Notes: a model not told the origin generated them from the letters alone. A DNA stretch of 44,394 nucleotides from Terriglobales bacterium (GCA_038236965.1 JBBRZF010000005.1:1-44394); one strand, 5' to 3'. Positions 26,459-39,638 are shown, numbered from the stretch's first letter. Program-made: numbers and translations.

Positions 26459-26544
26459 AGCAGATTTGGATTGTTGACGGTATCAGGCCATCCTTCCCGC
26501 CGTTCTGGATAGAGTGTGATGAGTTCGCTGAGGACAAAAGGCGC

Positions 26545-26577
26545 GGGCGCGGAGGAATCCGCGCCCTTTGTTGTTTC
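26545..26577 (+). terminator. Terminator hairpin B (exact copy of hairpin A)
   Basis: GGGCGCGGAGGAATCCGCGCCCTTTGTTGTTTC, about 90 nt after the cassette ORF stop and about 60 nt from the acnA stop, so it possibly acts bidirectionally. Confidence 0.75.
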
Positions 26578-26625
26578 AAATGACTCAATGACTCAATGGC
26601 TAAATGACCAAATGACTTAATGACG
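26578..26625. repeat. Right boundary repeats of the cassette: (AATGACTCA)x5, degenerate, the inverse of the left array
   Basis: aaatgactca atgactca atggctaa atgaccaa atgacttaatgacg. Confidence 0.75.
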
Positions 26626-26638
26626 TTCGTGACGTTGC

Positions 26639-29443
<2,805 letters not shown>

Positions 29444-29576
29444 AAGACGCCTTCTGAAAAGAGATTCCGAACCTAAAAGCGGAGGCACCGCGCTGGGCAG
29501 AGAAATAGAAAATTGCGCGCTGTGCCGAATTACTTAGTTTACGACTTTTTGCGGGGTGCTGTCAGCAGGCCAAACT

Positions 29577-30917
29577 TCAGGCTAACCATTCGTGTGCGAC
29601 CTGCAGGAGCAGATAGATATTGAGTCCGGCGATGACAAAGGCGACGGTCCAAGCCAGGGCCTTGACGATACGGCCATTCACGAAGTCACCCATCTTGGCC
29701 TTGGAGCTTGTAAACATGACCAGCGGGAAGACGGCGAAGCTCAACTGCATGGAGAGCACGACCTGGCTGAGGATGAGCAGGCGGGCGGTGCCGCTCTCTC
29801 CGGCGATGGCGGTGACGATGACGGCCGGGATGATGGCGATGAGGCGCGTGACGAGGCGGCGGAGCCATGGGCGTAGCGTCATGTTGATGAAGCCTTCCAT
29901 GACGATCTGTCCGGCGAGCGTTCCGGTGAGGGTGGAGTTCTGGCCGGAGGCGAGCAAGGCGATGGCGAAGATGGCGCTGGCGATCTTTGCGCCCAGGAGC
30001 GGGGAGAGAAGTTTGTAGGCGTCCTGTATCTCGGCGACGGCGCGGTGTCCGCTGCGATAAAAGGTGGCGGCGGCGACGATGAGGATAGAAGCGTTGACGA
30101 AGAGCGCGAAGGTGAGGGCGACGGCGGAATCGATGTTGCAGTACTTGATGGCCTCGAGCTTGCCTTCCGGGGTGCGGTCGAAGTCGCGGGTCTGCACCAC
30201 GGCAGAGTGCAGATAGAGATTGTGCGGCATGACGGTGGCGCCAAGGATTCCGATAGCGAGGTAGAGCATGGAGGGATCGCGGAACATATCCGCCGATGGC
30301 ACGAGGAAGCCATGCATGATTCCGGCGAGATCGGGACGGGAGAAGAAGATTTCTAGTCCGAAGCAGACTCCAATGGTTCCGGTGAGGACGACGACGATGG
30401 CCTCGATGTAACGGAACCCCTTGTTTTCCAGGAAGAGAATGAGCAAGACATCGAGCGCGGTGATGCAGACGCCGATGATGAGCGGGATGTGGAAGAGCAG
30501 GTTGAGAGCGATGGCCGAGCCGATGACTTCGGCAAGATCGCAGGCGGCAATGGCGATTTCAGCGACGATCCAGAGGAAGTAAGTGACGGGACGGCTGAAG
30601 TGGTCGCGGCAGGCCTGCGCGAGGTCGCGTCCGCTGACGACGCCTAGTTTGATGCAGAGACTCTGCAGAAGAATCGCCATCAGGTTGGAGAGCATGATGA
30701 CGAAGAGCAAGCGGTAGTTATAGCGGGAGCCGGCGGCGAGATCGGTGGCCCAATTGCCGGGGTCCATGTAACCGACGGCGACGAGAAAGCCGGGGCCGGC
30801 GAAAGCGATCAGTTTGCGAAGGAATCCGGGAGAGCGGGGGACGGGGAGGCTGGAATGAATTTCCGGCAGACTGGGTGTATGGGTCTGCTTACTCCAGCCG
30901 CGCTCCTCCTTCTTCAT
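29577..30917 (-). CDS. mntH: NRAMP-family divalent metal (Mn2+/Fe2+) transporter
   Basis: GPGFLVAVGYMDPGNWATDLAAGS (the DPGN motif) and 11-12 TM helices. ATG at 30917 with a GGAGGA RBS 8 nt upstream; the track ORF starts at an upstream GTG. Confidence 0.94.
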   Translation of the reverse strand: MKKEERGWSKQTHTPSLPEIHSSLPVPRSPGFLRKLIAFAGPGFLVAVGYMDPGNWATDLAAGSRYNYRLLFVIMLSNLMAILLQSLCIKLGVVSGRDLAQACRDHFSRPVTYFLWIVAEIAIAACDLAEVIGSAIALNLLFHIPLIIGVCITALDVLLILFLENKGFRYIEAIVVVLTGTIGVCFGLEIFFSRPDLAGIMHGFLVPSADMFRDPSMLYLAIGILGATVMPHNLYLHSAVVQTRDFDRTPEGKLEAIKYCNIDSAVALTFALFVNASILIVAAATFYRSGHRAVAEIQDAYKLLSPLLGAKIASAIFAIALLASGQNSTLTGTLAGQIVMEGFINMTLRPWLRRLVTRLIAIIPAVIVTAIAGESGTARLLILSQVVLSMQLSFAVFPLVMFTSSKAKMGDFVNGRIVKALAWTVAFVIAGLNIYLLLQVAHEWLA

Positions 30918-31127
30918 GCTTTCGATCCTCCGCACAATCCAAAACTATACCGCAAGCGGTGCGGCGGTAGGTTCGGAGGAGATGAAATTCAAAATCCACC
31001 ACGGAGACACGGAGGCACGGAGAAAGGCAAATCGGGCAGAGGGAGAGAGGTTAGGAATATCCGATTGGAGGTGGCAGAGGGAAGACAAAGGGTCTCTCCG
31101 CTCCGCTGCGCTGCGGTGGATCGTTTT

Positions 31128-31143
31128 CGTTTAGCGCTAAACG
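31128..31143. promoter_or_regulatory. Perfect 16-bp palindrome CGTTTAGCGCTAAACG, a candidate metalloregulator operator upstream of mntH and/or the hemL 3' end
   Basis: Read directly: AT-rich zero-spacer palindrome 17 nt after the hemL stop and about 210 nt upstream of the mntH ATG. Its TAGC/GCTA core is reminiscent of DtxR/MntR-family half-sites, but I have no confirmed match. Confidence 0.3.
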
Positions 31144-31159
31144 TTAGATTCCTGCCGCG

Positions 31160-32461
31160 CTAGGCGGTGACCAATGCCAAGGCTTCGCGGGCGGCGGCGA
31201 TACTTTGTTCGACGTCCTGTTCGGTGTGGGCGGCGGACATGAAGGCGGCCTCGAATTGAGAGGGGGGAAGCCAGACGCCGGCGTCCAACATGCCGCGATG
31301 GAAGCGTCCGAATTGTTGGGTGTTGCAGGTGGCGGCCGAGTCCCAGTCGGTGACCTTCTTGTCGGTAAAGAAGAAGGTGAACATGGAGCCGATGCGATTG
31401 ACGGTCATGGGAATTCCGGCTTCGCGGGCGGCTTCCAGAACGCCGTTGGTGAACTGTGCGGAGAGCTTTTCGAGTCGCGCGTAGATGGCTTCGCGGTCTT
31501 CGCGAAGGGCGCAAAGCATGGCGAGTCCGGCGGCCATGGCGAGGGGATTCCCGCTCAAGGTTCCGGCTTGGTACATGGGGCCAAGGGGCGCGACCATGTT
31601 CATTATTTCTTCGGGGCCGCCATAGGCTCCGACGGGGAGTCCGCCGCCGATGACTTTTCCGAAGGTGGTGAGGTCGGGCTTGATGCCGTAGAGTTCCTGC
31701 GCTCCGCCGTAGCTGACGCGGAAGCCGGTCATGACTTCGTCGAAGATAAGGACGGTGCCTTCGCGTTTGGTGATGTCGCGGAGGAACTGGAGATAGCCTT
31801 CGGCGGGCGCGACGCAGCCCATGTTGCCGACGACGGGCTCGACGATGATGGCGGCGATCTGTCCCTTGAGGCGAGTGAAGGCTTCTTCCACGGCGGCGCG
31901 ATTGTTATAGGGCAGCGCGAGGGTGAATTGCGCGAACTCTTCGGGAACTCCGGCCGAGCCGGGGATGCCGAGGGTGGCAACGCCGGAGCCGGCTTTTACG
32001 AGAAGTGCGTCGGTGTGTCCGTGATAGCAGCCTTCAAACTTGATGATGTATTTGCGGTTGGTATAGGCGCGCGAAAGACGGATGGCCGACATGGTGGCTT
32101 CGGTCCCGGAGCTGACGAAGCGGACTTTCTGCATGGAAGGAATGGCTTCGATGACGGCTTCGGCGAGGTCGGCCTCGGAAGGAGTGGACGCGCCGAAGCT
32201 GGTTCCCTTGCGCGCGGCTGCGATGATGGCCTCAATGACCGAGGCGGGGGCGTGTCCGAGAAGCAGTGGGCCCCAGGAGCCGACGTAGTCGATATACTCA
32301 TTGCCATCGGCGTCGAAGACACGCGAGCCTTCGCCGCGAACCAGGAACGGCGGATCGCCACCGACGGAGCGGAAGGCGCGGACGGGCGAATTGACGCCTC
32401 CGGGGATTAGCTTTTCTGCGCGTTTCTGTAGTTCGCGGGAGACATCGAGTTTGCGGGCCAT
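31160..32461 (-). CDS. hemL: Glutamate-1-semialdehyde 2,1-aminomutase
   Basis: Class-III PLP aminotransferase: [12 protein letters not shown]..., FDEVMTGFR, and the Lys in [14 protein letters not shown] at 32461 with an AAGGAAT RBS; the track ORF has an 18-codon upstream extension. Confidence 0.96.
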   Translation of the reverse strand: MARKLDVSRELQKRAEKLIPGGVNSPVRAFRSVGGDPPFLVRGEGSRVFDADGNEYIDYVGSWGPLLLGHAPASVIEAIIAAARKGTSFGASTPSEADLAEAVIEAIPSMQKVRFVSSGTEATMSAIRLSRAYTNRKYIIKFEGCYHGHTDALLVKAGSGVATLGIPGSAGVPEEFAQFTLALPYNNRAAVEEAFTRLKGQIAAIIVEPVVGNMGCVAPAEGYLQFLRDITKREGTVLIFDEVMTGFRVSYGGAQELYGIKPDLTTFGKVIGGGLPVGAYGGPEEIMNMVAPLGPMYQAGTLSGNPLAMAAGLAMLCALREDREAIYARLEKLSAQFTNGVLEAAREAGIPMTVNRIGSMFTFFFTDKKVTDWDSAATCNTQQFGRFHRGMLDAGVWLPPSQFEAAFMSAAHTEQDVEQSIAAAREALALVTA

Positions 32462-32570
32462 GCGGATTCCTTGCGAGCGCGACCGTGGTCGCGCAGGAGC
32501 TTGGGTGGGACCCATCCACTATAACAATTCCGCTTGTTACTGGCGAAGCGCTCGCTTAGGATGGGCGGCC

Positions 32571-33197
32571 ATGTACGAACCTGCGGTGGCACTGACGGAC
32601 TTTGTTTTGACCTTGGAATGCGCCGTGCTTTTTGTGTTGCTGAGGCGCGGGGCGAAAAGTCCGTTGCGCAGCGCCTTTCTGTCGATGTTTGCGGCGACGG
32701 CCGTAGCGGCGCTGCTCGGGAGACTTGTCCACGCGTTTCTGCCGGATGAGACCACGCTCGCCTACGGCATTGCGTGGCGCGCGACCTTGCTCATCATCGG
32801 CGCGGCTGCGGTTTCGGCATTCCTGGCGGGCGCGTACCTGCTGTTCCCCGCGGAGCGTGTTCCGCTGCTGCGAAAGATTGCCGCCGGAAGTTATCTCGCT
32901 TACCTGCTTTGGCTGTTCTTCGTTTCCATGAAATTCCGAGTGGCCATTGCCTACTACTTGCCGGCAACGGTGCTGCTGCTCATCGCGTTCCTCGTTGTGC
33001 GCAGGCGGCGTGAGGGCGCAATGATCGGGGCCGTGGGAGTACTGCTCACGCTGATCGCTGCGGCTATCCAGCAGGCGCGGATAGGGATTCATCCGGTCTA
33101 CTTCAATCACGATGCGGTCTACCACGTGGTGGAGATGGTTGCGTTGTGGCTTTTGTTTTTGGGAGCGCGGGGAGTGAGCAGCGAACAGAGTTCCTGA
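32571..33197 (+). CDS. Integral membrane protein of unknown function (about 6 TM helices, 208 aa)
   Basis: ATG at 32571 (MYEPAVALTDFVLTLECAVLFVLL...), with hydrophobic helices throughout. The upstream 90 codons of the track ORF overlap hemL antisense and are not coding. Confidence 0.6.
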   Translation: MYEPAVALTDFVLTLECAVLFVLLRRGAKSPLRSAFLSMFAATAVAALLGRLVHAFLPDETTLAYGIAWRATLLIIGAAAVSAFLAGAYLLFPAERVPLLRKIAAGSYLAYLLWLFFVSMKFRVAIAYYLPATVLLLIAFLVVRRRREGAMIGAVGVLLTLIAAAIQQARIGIHPVYFNHDAVYHVVEMVALWLLFLGARGVSSEQSS

Positions 33198-33257
33198 TTT
33201 TCTCAGTCGTGTTCGGCAGCTAAATACATTTGCGTTTTCGCTGGTAGAATCAGAGGG

Positions 33258-36200
33258 ATGGTCCTCCCTTTCGTCCGCGAATTGTTTGCGGACGTGGAAA
33301 AGTCTGCCGTCTTTGCGCGTGCTGCCAACCACCTGAAGGGCGGCGCGGGGCGGATACGTTTGTCTGGGCTGACTCCGACCGCCAAAGCCCTGCACTATGC
33401 GCTGCTGCACAAGGCGGCGGGGCGTCCGCTGATCGTGCTGGTAAGCGACAATCGTGCGGCTGAAGAACTCATCCCTGTGCTGCAGGGGTTCTGCGAATTG
33501 ACGGGCGCGTGCGCGCCGGAATCGGTCAGCTACCTGCCTTCGCGGGATGTTCTTCCCTTCGAAAACCTGTCCCCACATCCTGAGATTCAAGAAGCGCGTG
33601 CGCAAGCTTTGTGGCGCGTGGCGACCCATGCGGTCTCGATACTGGTGGTGCCGTTCGCATCGTCGGCGATACGTTTGCGCGATGCCGAATTTTACGCAGG
33701 GCTGGCACGCGTGGTGCGGCGTACGGAATCGCTCGATATCGACACGCTGCTTCCGCACCTGAATACCGTGGGCTATGCGGCGGCGGACGTGGTGGAGATG
33801 CCGGGCGAATACGCGATGCGCGGCGGCATTCTGGATGTATATCCGCCGGAGGCCGACCGGCCGTTGCGTATCGAGCTGTTTGGCGACGAAGTGGAATCGA
33901 TACGGAAGTTCGATCCGGAGACGCAGCGTTCGTCGGTGGAGACGGACGAAGTCATCCTGCTGCCCTTGACCGAGACTCCGGTGAGCGAAGAACTACTGGG
34001 CGCGATTCATGCGCGGCTGAGCGGAAAGCGAGTGGAGGGCAATCCGTCGGTGGTGGAGGAGATGATTCGCGCGGGCGGCGTCACGGTGTTTCCGGGATGG
34101 GAATTTTTTGCGCCGGTGGCGGGCGCGCCGAACACGATCTTCGACCTGATGCCGAACTCGCCGGTGCTAATCGACGAACCGGAACTGATGCAGCGCGACT
34201 TCGATACGTGGTGGGAGCGCGTGCAGGGTACGCACGAACGCAGCGGCATCGGGAAGCTGGTTCGTCCGGAAGACATTTACGTTCCGCCGGAGCCGTGGCG
34301 CGAGAAGGTCGCGCAGATTCCGGGCGCGGACATCGAGCAGCTTGGCATCACGACGGCCGATGATGAGAACCATCTGGTGGTGGTGGCGCAGCCGACGACG
34401 CGCTTCCACGGTTCGATTCCGGCGATGGTGGAGCAAGCGAAGAAACTCGCTGGCGAAGGTCGGCGAGTGCTGTTCGCTGCCGGCAACACGGGTGAAGTGG
34501 AGCGACTGGCCGATATCTTCGGCGAGTACAACCTGGCGTACCGGTTGGGGAGTCGCAATCCGCGTCCGGGTGGCGAGACGTATGCCGACGAGGCCGGATA
34601 CTTTGCGGAGGATATGACGGCGGCGACCTTGGTGAAGGCGTTTGTGCCGGACGGCGTTGTGTTGCCGGAGGCGTCGCTGGTTATTTACGGCACGCGCGAC
34701 CTGTTCGACGACTCGGAGCTGATGGCGCCGCGCTCCCTGAAGCAGAAATCGAAGACTTCGGCGTTTCTGTCCGACTTCCGCGACCTTGCTGTTGGCGATT
34801 ACGTGGTGCACGTGGAGCACGGCATCGGGCAGTATCACGGACTGCGCGAAATCGAGCAGCCGGACGGCGGCAAGATCGAGTTCATGATTCTGGAATATGC
34901 CGAGGCTGCTCGGTTGTATGTTCCGCTGACTCGACTCGACCTGGTGCAGAAATATCGGTCGCAGGAAGGCGTGCGTCCGGTATTGAATCGACTGGGCACG
35001 CAGCAATGGGCGAAGACAAAAGCCAAGGTGAAGAAGGCCATGAAGGACATGGCCGACGAACTTCTGAAGCTTTACGCATTGCGCAAGACGGCGGAAGGAC
35101 ACTCGTTCCCGAAAGACACGGAGTGGCAGCGCGAGTTCGAAGACGCCTTCGAATACAACGAGACGGACGACCAGTTGTCGGCGGTGGCGGACATCAAGCG
35201 CGACATGGAATCGACGCTGCCGATGGATCGGCTACTCTGCGGCGACGTTGGTTATGGAAAGACGGAAGTGGCGATGCGCGCGGCTTTCAAGGCGATGAGC
35301 GACAACCGGCAGGTCGCCGTGCTGGCGCCGACTACGGTGCTGGCCTTCCAGCATTTTGAAACTTTCAAGCGGAGATTCTCGGCGTTCCCCATCACCATCG
35401 AGATGATCTCGCGCTTCCGCACGGCGAAGCAGCAGAAAGAGATCGTGGAAAAAGTGGAGAACGGAAAGGTCGATATCCTCATTGGCACGCATCGCGTGCT
35501 CTCGCAGGACATCAAATTTCCGGAGCTTGGCCTGGTCATTGTGGATGAAGAGCAGCGCTTCGGCGTCCGGCATAAAGAGCGGCTGAAGCAGTTGAAGAAG
35601 GAAGTGGATGTTCTGACCATGTCGGCCACGCCGATACCGCGGACGCTGCATATGTCGCTGGTGGGACTGCGCGATATGAGCGTGATCGAGACTCCGCCGA
35701 AAGACCGCATGGCGATCCAGACGGTAGTGGCGGCGTGGGACGAAAAGCTCATCAGGTCTGCGCTGGAAAAGGAACTGGAACGCGGCGGGCAGGTGTACTT
35801 CGTACACAATCGCGTGGAGAGCATCTACGAAATTGCGGCCAAACTGCGCGAACTGGTTCCGCAAGCGAGGGTGCTGGTGGGCCACGGACAGATGTCGGAA
35901 GGCCAGTTGGAAAACGTGATGCTCGGATTCATGCGTCATGAAGCCGACATCCTGGTGGCGACGACGATCATCGAGAACGGGCTGGATATTCCGCTCTGCA
36001 ATACCATTCTTATCAATCGCGCAGACCGGCACGGATTGTCTGAGCTGTACCAGTTGCGCGGACGCGTTGGGCGCTCCAATCGGCGCGCATATGCGTATCT
36101 GCTGATTCCGGCGGACCGCGACTTGACCGACCTGGCGCGACGCCGGTTGGCGGCGCTGAAAGAGTTCAGCGACCTGGGAGCGGGATTCAAGATTGCGGCG

Positions 36201-36797
36201 CTGGATTTGGAACTGCGCGGTGCCGGCAATTTGCTGGGCGGCGAACAGAGCGGCCACATAGAGGCCATCGGGTTCGAACTTTATACGCAGATGCTGGAGA
36301 CGGCCGTCCGCGAGATGAAGGGCGAAGACATCCGCGACGAGCTCGATACGCAACTCAATCTCGGACTCAATATTCGCATCCCGGCCGAGTACATCAAGGA
36401 AGAGAACCAGCGGCTGCGCATGTACAAGCGCATTGCCGGGGTGGAAGACGAGTTGCAGTTGCGCGATGTTGCGAACGAACTGCACGACCGCTACGGAGCA
36501 CCTCCGGCGCCTGTGCGTCACCTCCTGGAATACGCCGCGCTGAAGCTTCTGTGCGAGCGAGTGGGGGTGGCGGCCATCGAGCGGCGTCGCGACCTGGTGA
36601 GCGTGCGCTTTACGGAGAACGCGGAGATCGATGCGACTCGACTGGCACAATTCGTTGCTTCGCAAAAGGGCACGCAGTTCACTCCGCAGGGCGTGCTGAA
36701 ATTCCAGATGAAATCGAGCCAGGCAGAACTGATACTGCAGAGCTTGAAGCAGATGTTGCACGACCTTTCCGTGCAGCCTGAACCGGCAGAGACCTAG
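33258..36797 (+). CDS. mfd: Transcription-repair coupling factor Mfd
   Basis: 1179 aa: UvrB-homology N-terminal region, RNAP-interacting domain, helicase motifs GDVGYGKTEVA and DEEQRFGV, the TRG motif and a C-terminal autoinhibitory domain. Confidence 0.97.
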   Translation: MVLPFVRELFADVEKSAVFARAANHLKGGAGRIRLSGLTPTAKALHYALLHKAAGRPLIVLVSDNRAAEELIPVLQGFCELTGACAPESVSYLPSRDVLPFENLSPHPEIQEARAQALWRVATHAVSILVVPFASSAIRLRDAEFYAGLARVVRRTESLDIDTLLPHLNTVGYAAADVVEMPGEYAMRGGILDVYPPEADRPLRIELFGDEVESIRKFDPETQRSSVETDEVILLPLTETPVSEELLGAIHARLSGKRVEGNPSVVEEMIRAGGVTVFPGWEFFAPVAGAPNTIFDLMPNSPVLIDEPELMQRDFDTWWERVQGTHERSGIGKLVRPEDIYVPPEPWREKVAQIPGADIEQLGITTADDENHLVVVAQPTTRFHGSIPAMVEQAKKLAGEGRRVLFAAGNTGEVERLADIFGEYNLAYRLGSRNPRPGGETYADEAGYFAEDMTAATLVKAFVPDGVVLPEASLVIYGTRDLFDDSELMAPRSLKQKSKTSAFLSDFRDLAVGDYVVHVEHGIGQYHGLREIEQPDGGKIEFMILEYAEAARLYVPLTRLDLVQKYRSQEGVRPVLNRLGTQQWAKTKAKVKKAMKDMADELLKLYALRKTAEGHSFPKDTEWQREFEDAFEYNETDDQLSAVADIKRDMESTLPMDRLLCGDVGYGKTEVAMRAAFKAMSDNRQVAVLAPTTVLAFQHFETFKRRFSAFPITIEMISRFRTAKQQKEIVEKVENGKVDILIGTHRVLSQDIKFPELGLVIVDEEQRFGVRHKERLKQLKKEVDVLTMSATPIPRTLHMSLVGLRDMSVIETPPKDRMAIQTVVAAWDEKLIRSALEKELERGGQVYFVHNRVESIYEIAAKLRELVPQARVLVGHGQMSEGQLENVMLGFMRHEADILVATTIIENGLDIPLCNTILINRADRHGLSELYQLRGRVGRSNRRAYAYLLIPADRDLTDLARRRLAALKEFSDLGAGFKIAALDLELRGAGNLLGGEQSGHIEAIGFELYTQMLETAVREMKGEDIRDELDTQLNLGLNIRIPAEYIKEENQRLRMYKRIAGVEDELQLRDVANELHDRYGAPPAPVRHLLEYAALKLLCERVGVAAIERRRDLVSVRFTENAEIDATRLAQFVASQKGTQFTPQGVLKFQMKSSQAELILQSLKQMLHDLSVQPEPAET

Positions 36798-36836
36798 GAT
36801 CCCGCATCCAACGAAGCATCTTACGAACGGAAAACG

Positions 36837-38648
36837 ATGACCATGCGCAGAATGTTCGCCGCTGTACTTGTGTTCGCACTTGCCACCATGATGAGCGCAC
36901 AGAACGAGCCGAAGGGAAAACAGAAGCCCGTGAAGGTCGATGCTCCGGCGGCTTTGAATTCCGCGTTTGAAGATTTCATGAAGAGCTTCTTCGCCTTTCA
37001 GCCTAGTGCGGGAACGCGTGCGGGGCTGCACCAGTACGACACGCAGATGGAAGATTTGTCGCGGCAGACGATCACGCAGCAGATCGCGGCCTACAAGCAG
37101 TTGGAAGATAAGTTCGTCGCCGTGCCCGTGCAGGGACTTTCGCAGGATGCGGCTGGGGATCGCGAGATGATGATTGCGCGCTCACGCGCGGCGCGCTTCG
37201 AACTGGAAGGCACGCGCTGGTGGGAGAACGATCCTGACCGCTACTCGGCCATCGTCAGCGACAGCGCCTTCGTGCTGATAGGGCGCAACTTCGCGCCGCT
37301 GGATGTGCGTCTGCGCGCACTGGTGTCGCGGGAACGAAAGATGCCGAAGCTGTTTGCCGATGCTCGGGCCAATCTGAAGAATCCGCCGCGCGTGTTCACC
37401 GAGATAGCCATCGAGCAATTGCCGGGCATCATCAGCTTCTACGAAAAAGACGTGCCGAAGGCTTTCGCCGAGGTGAAAGACGCAAAGCTGCAGGCCGAGT
37501 TTAAGCAGACGAACAACCACGCGGTGCAGGCGATGGAGCAGTACCTGGGCTTTCTGAAGGAGACGCTGCTGGCGAAATCGACTGGAGATTTCCGCTTGGG
37601 CGCGGAGAACTTCTCGAAGAAATTGCTTCACGAAGAGATGGTGGACGTCCCACTGGATAGGCTGTTGAAGATCGGATACGACAACCTGCGCGAGAACCAG
37701 CAGAAGTTTAAGGAGTCGGCGGCAAAGATCGATACGAGCAAGACTCCGCAGCAGATCCTTGCGGAGATACAGAATGAGCATCCCGCGCCCGACCAGATAT
37801 TGAAGGCGTTCGGCGACAGGCTGAACGGTCTGCGCGCCTTCATCGCCGAGCACAAGATCATGACCACTCCGTCGCAGGAGATGCCGAAGTTGGAAGAGAC
37901 GCCGCCGTTCATGCGGGCGCTGACGTTTGCATCGATGGACGCGCCGGGGCCGTTCGAAACGCGCGCGAAAGAAGCGTTCTTCAATGTCACCTTGCCGGAG
38001 CGGAACGCAACTCCGGAGCAGATCAAAGAACACATGCAGGAGTTCAACTACGGCGTGATCAACTCGACGGCGATTCACGAGGCCTTCCCAGGACACTACG
38101 AGCAGTACCTGTGGAACGAGCGCGTGAAGTCGAAGATACGGCAGTTCCTCTCGCTGGACATGAGCTTTACGGGCGGACATTTTTCGGGAACCAATGTGGA
38201 AGGCTGGGCGCACTACACCGAGCAGATGATGCTGGACGAAGGCATTGGGCGCACGCCAGGAGTCGCCGAGGAGAAAGATGTGGCGTATCACAAGCTGCGA
38301 CTGGGGCAATTGCAGGATGCGCTGTTGCGCAATGCGCGCTACGTGGTCGCCATCGAGATGCACACGGGCAAGATGAGCTTCGAAGAGGGCGTGGATTTCT
38401 TCGTCAAGGAGGGCTACCAGACGAAGTCTGGCGCGATGCGCGAAACGCGGCGCGGGACCTCCGACCCAACATATCTGATGTACACGCTGGGCAAGTTGCA
38501 GATATTGAAGCTACGCGAGGATTACAAAAGGAAGGTAGGCGCGAAGTTCACGTTACAGGATTTCCACGACCGCTTTATGGAACAGGGCGTGGCTCCGCTG
38601 AGCCTGATACGCAAATCGATGGTCGGCGATAACAGTCCCACGTTGTAG
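36837..38648 (+). CDS. DUF885-family secreted protein (HEAFPGH zinc-binding-like motif)
   Basis: Signal peptide MFAAVLVFALATMMSA. Conserved DUF885 hallmarks NSTAIHEAFPGHYEQ and GWAHYTEQMM; 603 aa. Family assignment is from memory. Confidence 0.8.
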   Translation: MTMRRMFAAVLVFALATMMSAQNEPKGKQKPVKVDAPAALNSAFEDFMKSFFAFQPSAGTRAGLHQYDTQMEDLSRQTITQQIAAYKQLEDKFVAVPVQGLSQDAAGDREMMIARSRAARFELEGTRWWENDPDRYSAIVSDSAFVLIGRNFAPLDVRLRALVSRERKMPKLFADARANLKNPPRVFTEIAIEQLPGIISFYEKDVPKAFAEVKDAKLQAEFKQTNNHAVQAMEQYLGFLKETLLAKSTGDFRLGAENFSKKLLHEEMVDVPLDRLLKIGYDNLRENQQKFKESAAKIDTSKTPQQILAEIQNEHPAPDQILKAFGDRLNGLRAFIAEHKIMTTPSQEMPKLEETPPFMRALTFASMDAPGPFETRAKEAFFNVTLPERNATPEQIKEHMQEFNYGVINSTAIHEAFPGHYEQYLWNERVKSKIRQFLSLDMSFTGGHFSGTNVEGWAHYTEQMMLDEGIGRTPGVAEEKDVAYHKLRLGQLQDALLRNARYVVAIEMHTGKMSFEEGVDFFVKEGYQTKSGAMRETRRGTSDPTYLMYTLGKLQILKLREDYKRKVGAKFTLQDFHDRFMEQGVAPLSLIRKSMVGDNSPTL

Positions 38649-38756
38649 ACTTGCTGGTTCGGAACGGCGCGCAACTCGTACTGTTGCGTGCAGAGAAATC
38701 AAAGTCCGCTCAACAGAGCGGCTTCAAAAGTAATCATTCAAACTGGTAGCCGAAAA

Positions 38757-39638
38757 ATGATAAAGAAAGTTCGCAAGGCAGTCTTCCCCGCAGCAGGTTT
38801 GGGAACAAGGTTCCTTCCGGCCACTAAGGCGCAGCCGAAAGAGATGCTGCCGTTGGTGGATAAACCCATCATCCAGTACGGAGTGGAGGAGGCGATGGCT
38901 TCCGGTTGCGACCAGATACTGATCATTACTGGACGCGGCAAGAACGCTATCGAAGACCATTTCGACGTGAGCTACGAACTCGAGAAGATGCTGGCGGAGC
39001 GAGGCAAGACCGACCTGCTGAAGATTGTGCAGCAGATATCCGACATGGTGCACGTCGCTTACGTAAGGCAGAAGGAAGCGCTGGGACTGGGACACGCGGT
39101 GCTGATGGCGAAGGAGCTGGTCGGCGATGAACCGTTTGCCGTGCTGCTGGCCGACGACGTGGTGGATTCCGAAGTGCCGTGCCTGAAGCAGATGGTGGAC
39201 ATCTACGAAGAGACGGGCTGCTCCGTGATTGCCACGCAAGTGGTGGAAGGAAAAGCCATCTCGGCCTATGGCGTGCTGGACGCGAAACCGGTGGAAGGCA
39301 AATGGGCGGGAAAGCTTTTTGAGATTTCGAACCTGGTGGAAAAGCCTAAGCCGGAAGATGCTCCGTCGAACCTGGCCATCATCGGACGATATGTTTTGAC
39401 GCCGGGGATTTTCCCCGCGCTGGAGCGCACGGGCACAGGCGCAGGCGGAGAGTTGCAACTCACCGACGGGATGAAAGAGTTGCTGAAGACGGAGAAGATC
39501 TACGGCTACACCTTCGAAGGCAAGCGCCACGATACGGGCGACAAGCTTGGATTCCTGAAGGCTACGGTCGAGTTTGCGCTGAAGCGTCCGGATCTGGGTG
39601 GGGAATTGCGAGCGTGGTTGAAGGATTTGAAGCTGTAA
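38757..39638 (+). CDS. galU: UTP--glucose-1-phosphate uridylyltransferase
   Basis: KAVFPAAGLGTRFLPATKAQPKEMLPLVDKPIIQY is the canonical GalU N-terminus; ATG at 38757. The track ORF has a 23-codon upstream extension. Confidence 0.94.
   Translation: MIKKVRKAVFPAAGLGTRFLPATKAQPKEMLPLVDKPIIQYGVEEAMASGCDQILIITGRGKNAIEDHFDVSYELEKMLAERGKTDLLKIVQQISDMVHVAYVRQKEALGLGHAVLMAKELVGDEPFAVLLADDVVDSEVPCLKQMVDIYEETGCSVIATQVVEGKAISAYGVLDAKPVEGKWAGKLFEISNLVEKPKPEDAPSNLAIIGRYVLTPGIFPALERTGTGAGGELQLTDGMKELLKTEKIYGYTFEGKRHDTGDKLGFLKATVEFALKRPDLGGELRAWLKDLKL

Noticed and set aside
30936-31127. Looked for a yybP-ykoY Mn riboswitch in the mntH leader.
   Set aside because: That riboswitch class controls Mn exporters rather than NRAMP importers. 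The leader is CU-rich, and I saw none of the conserved riboswitch core.
32301-32570. N-terminal 90 codons of the 298-aa plus-strand ORF overlapping the hemL start.
   Set aside because: This stretch is antisense to the hemL 5' end and Arg/Ser/Pro-rich. The membrane protein plausibly starts at the ATG at 32571, which has an RBS-like element upstream.
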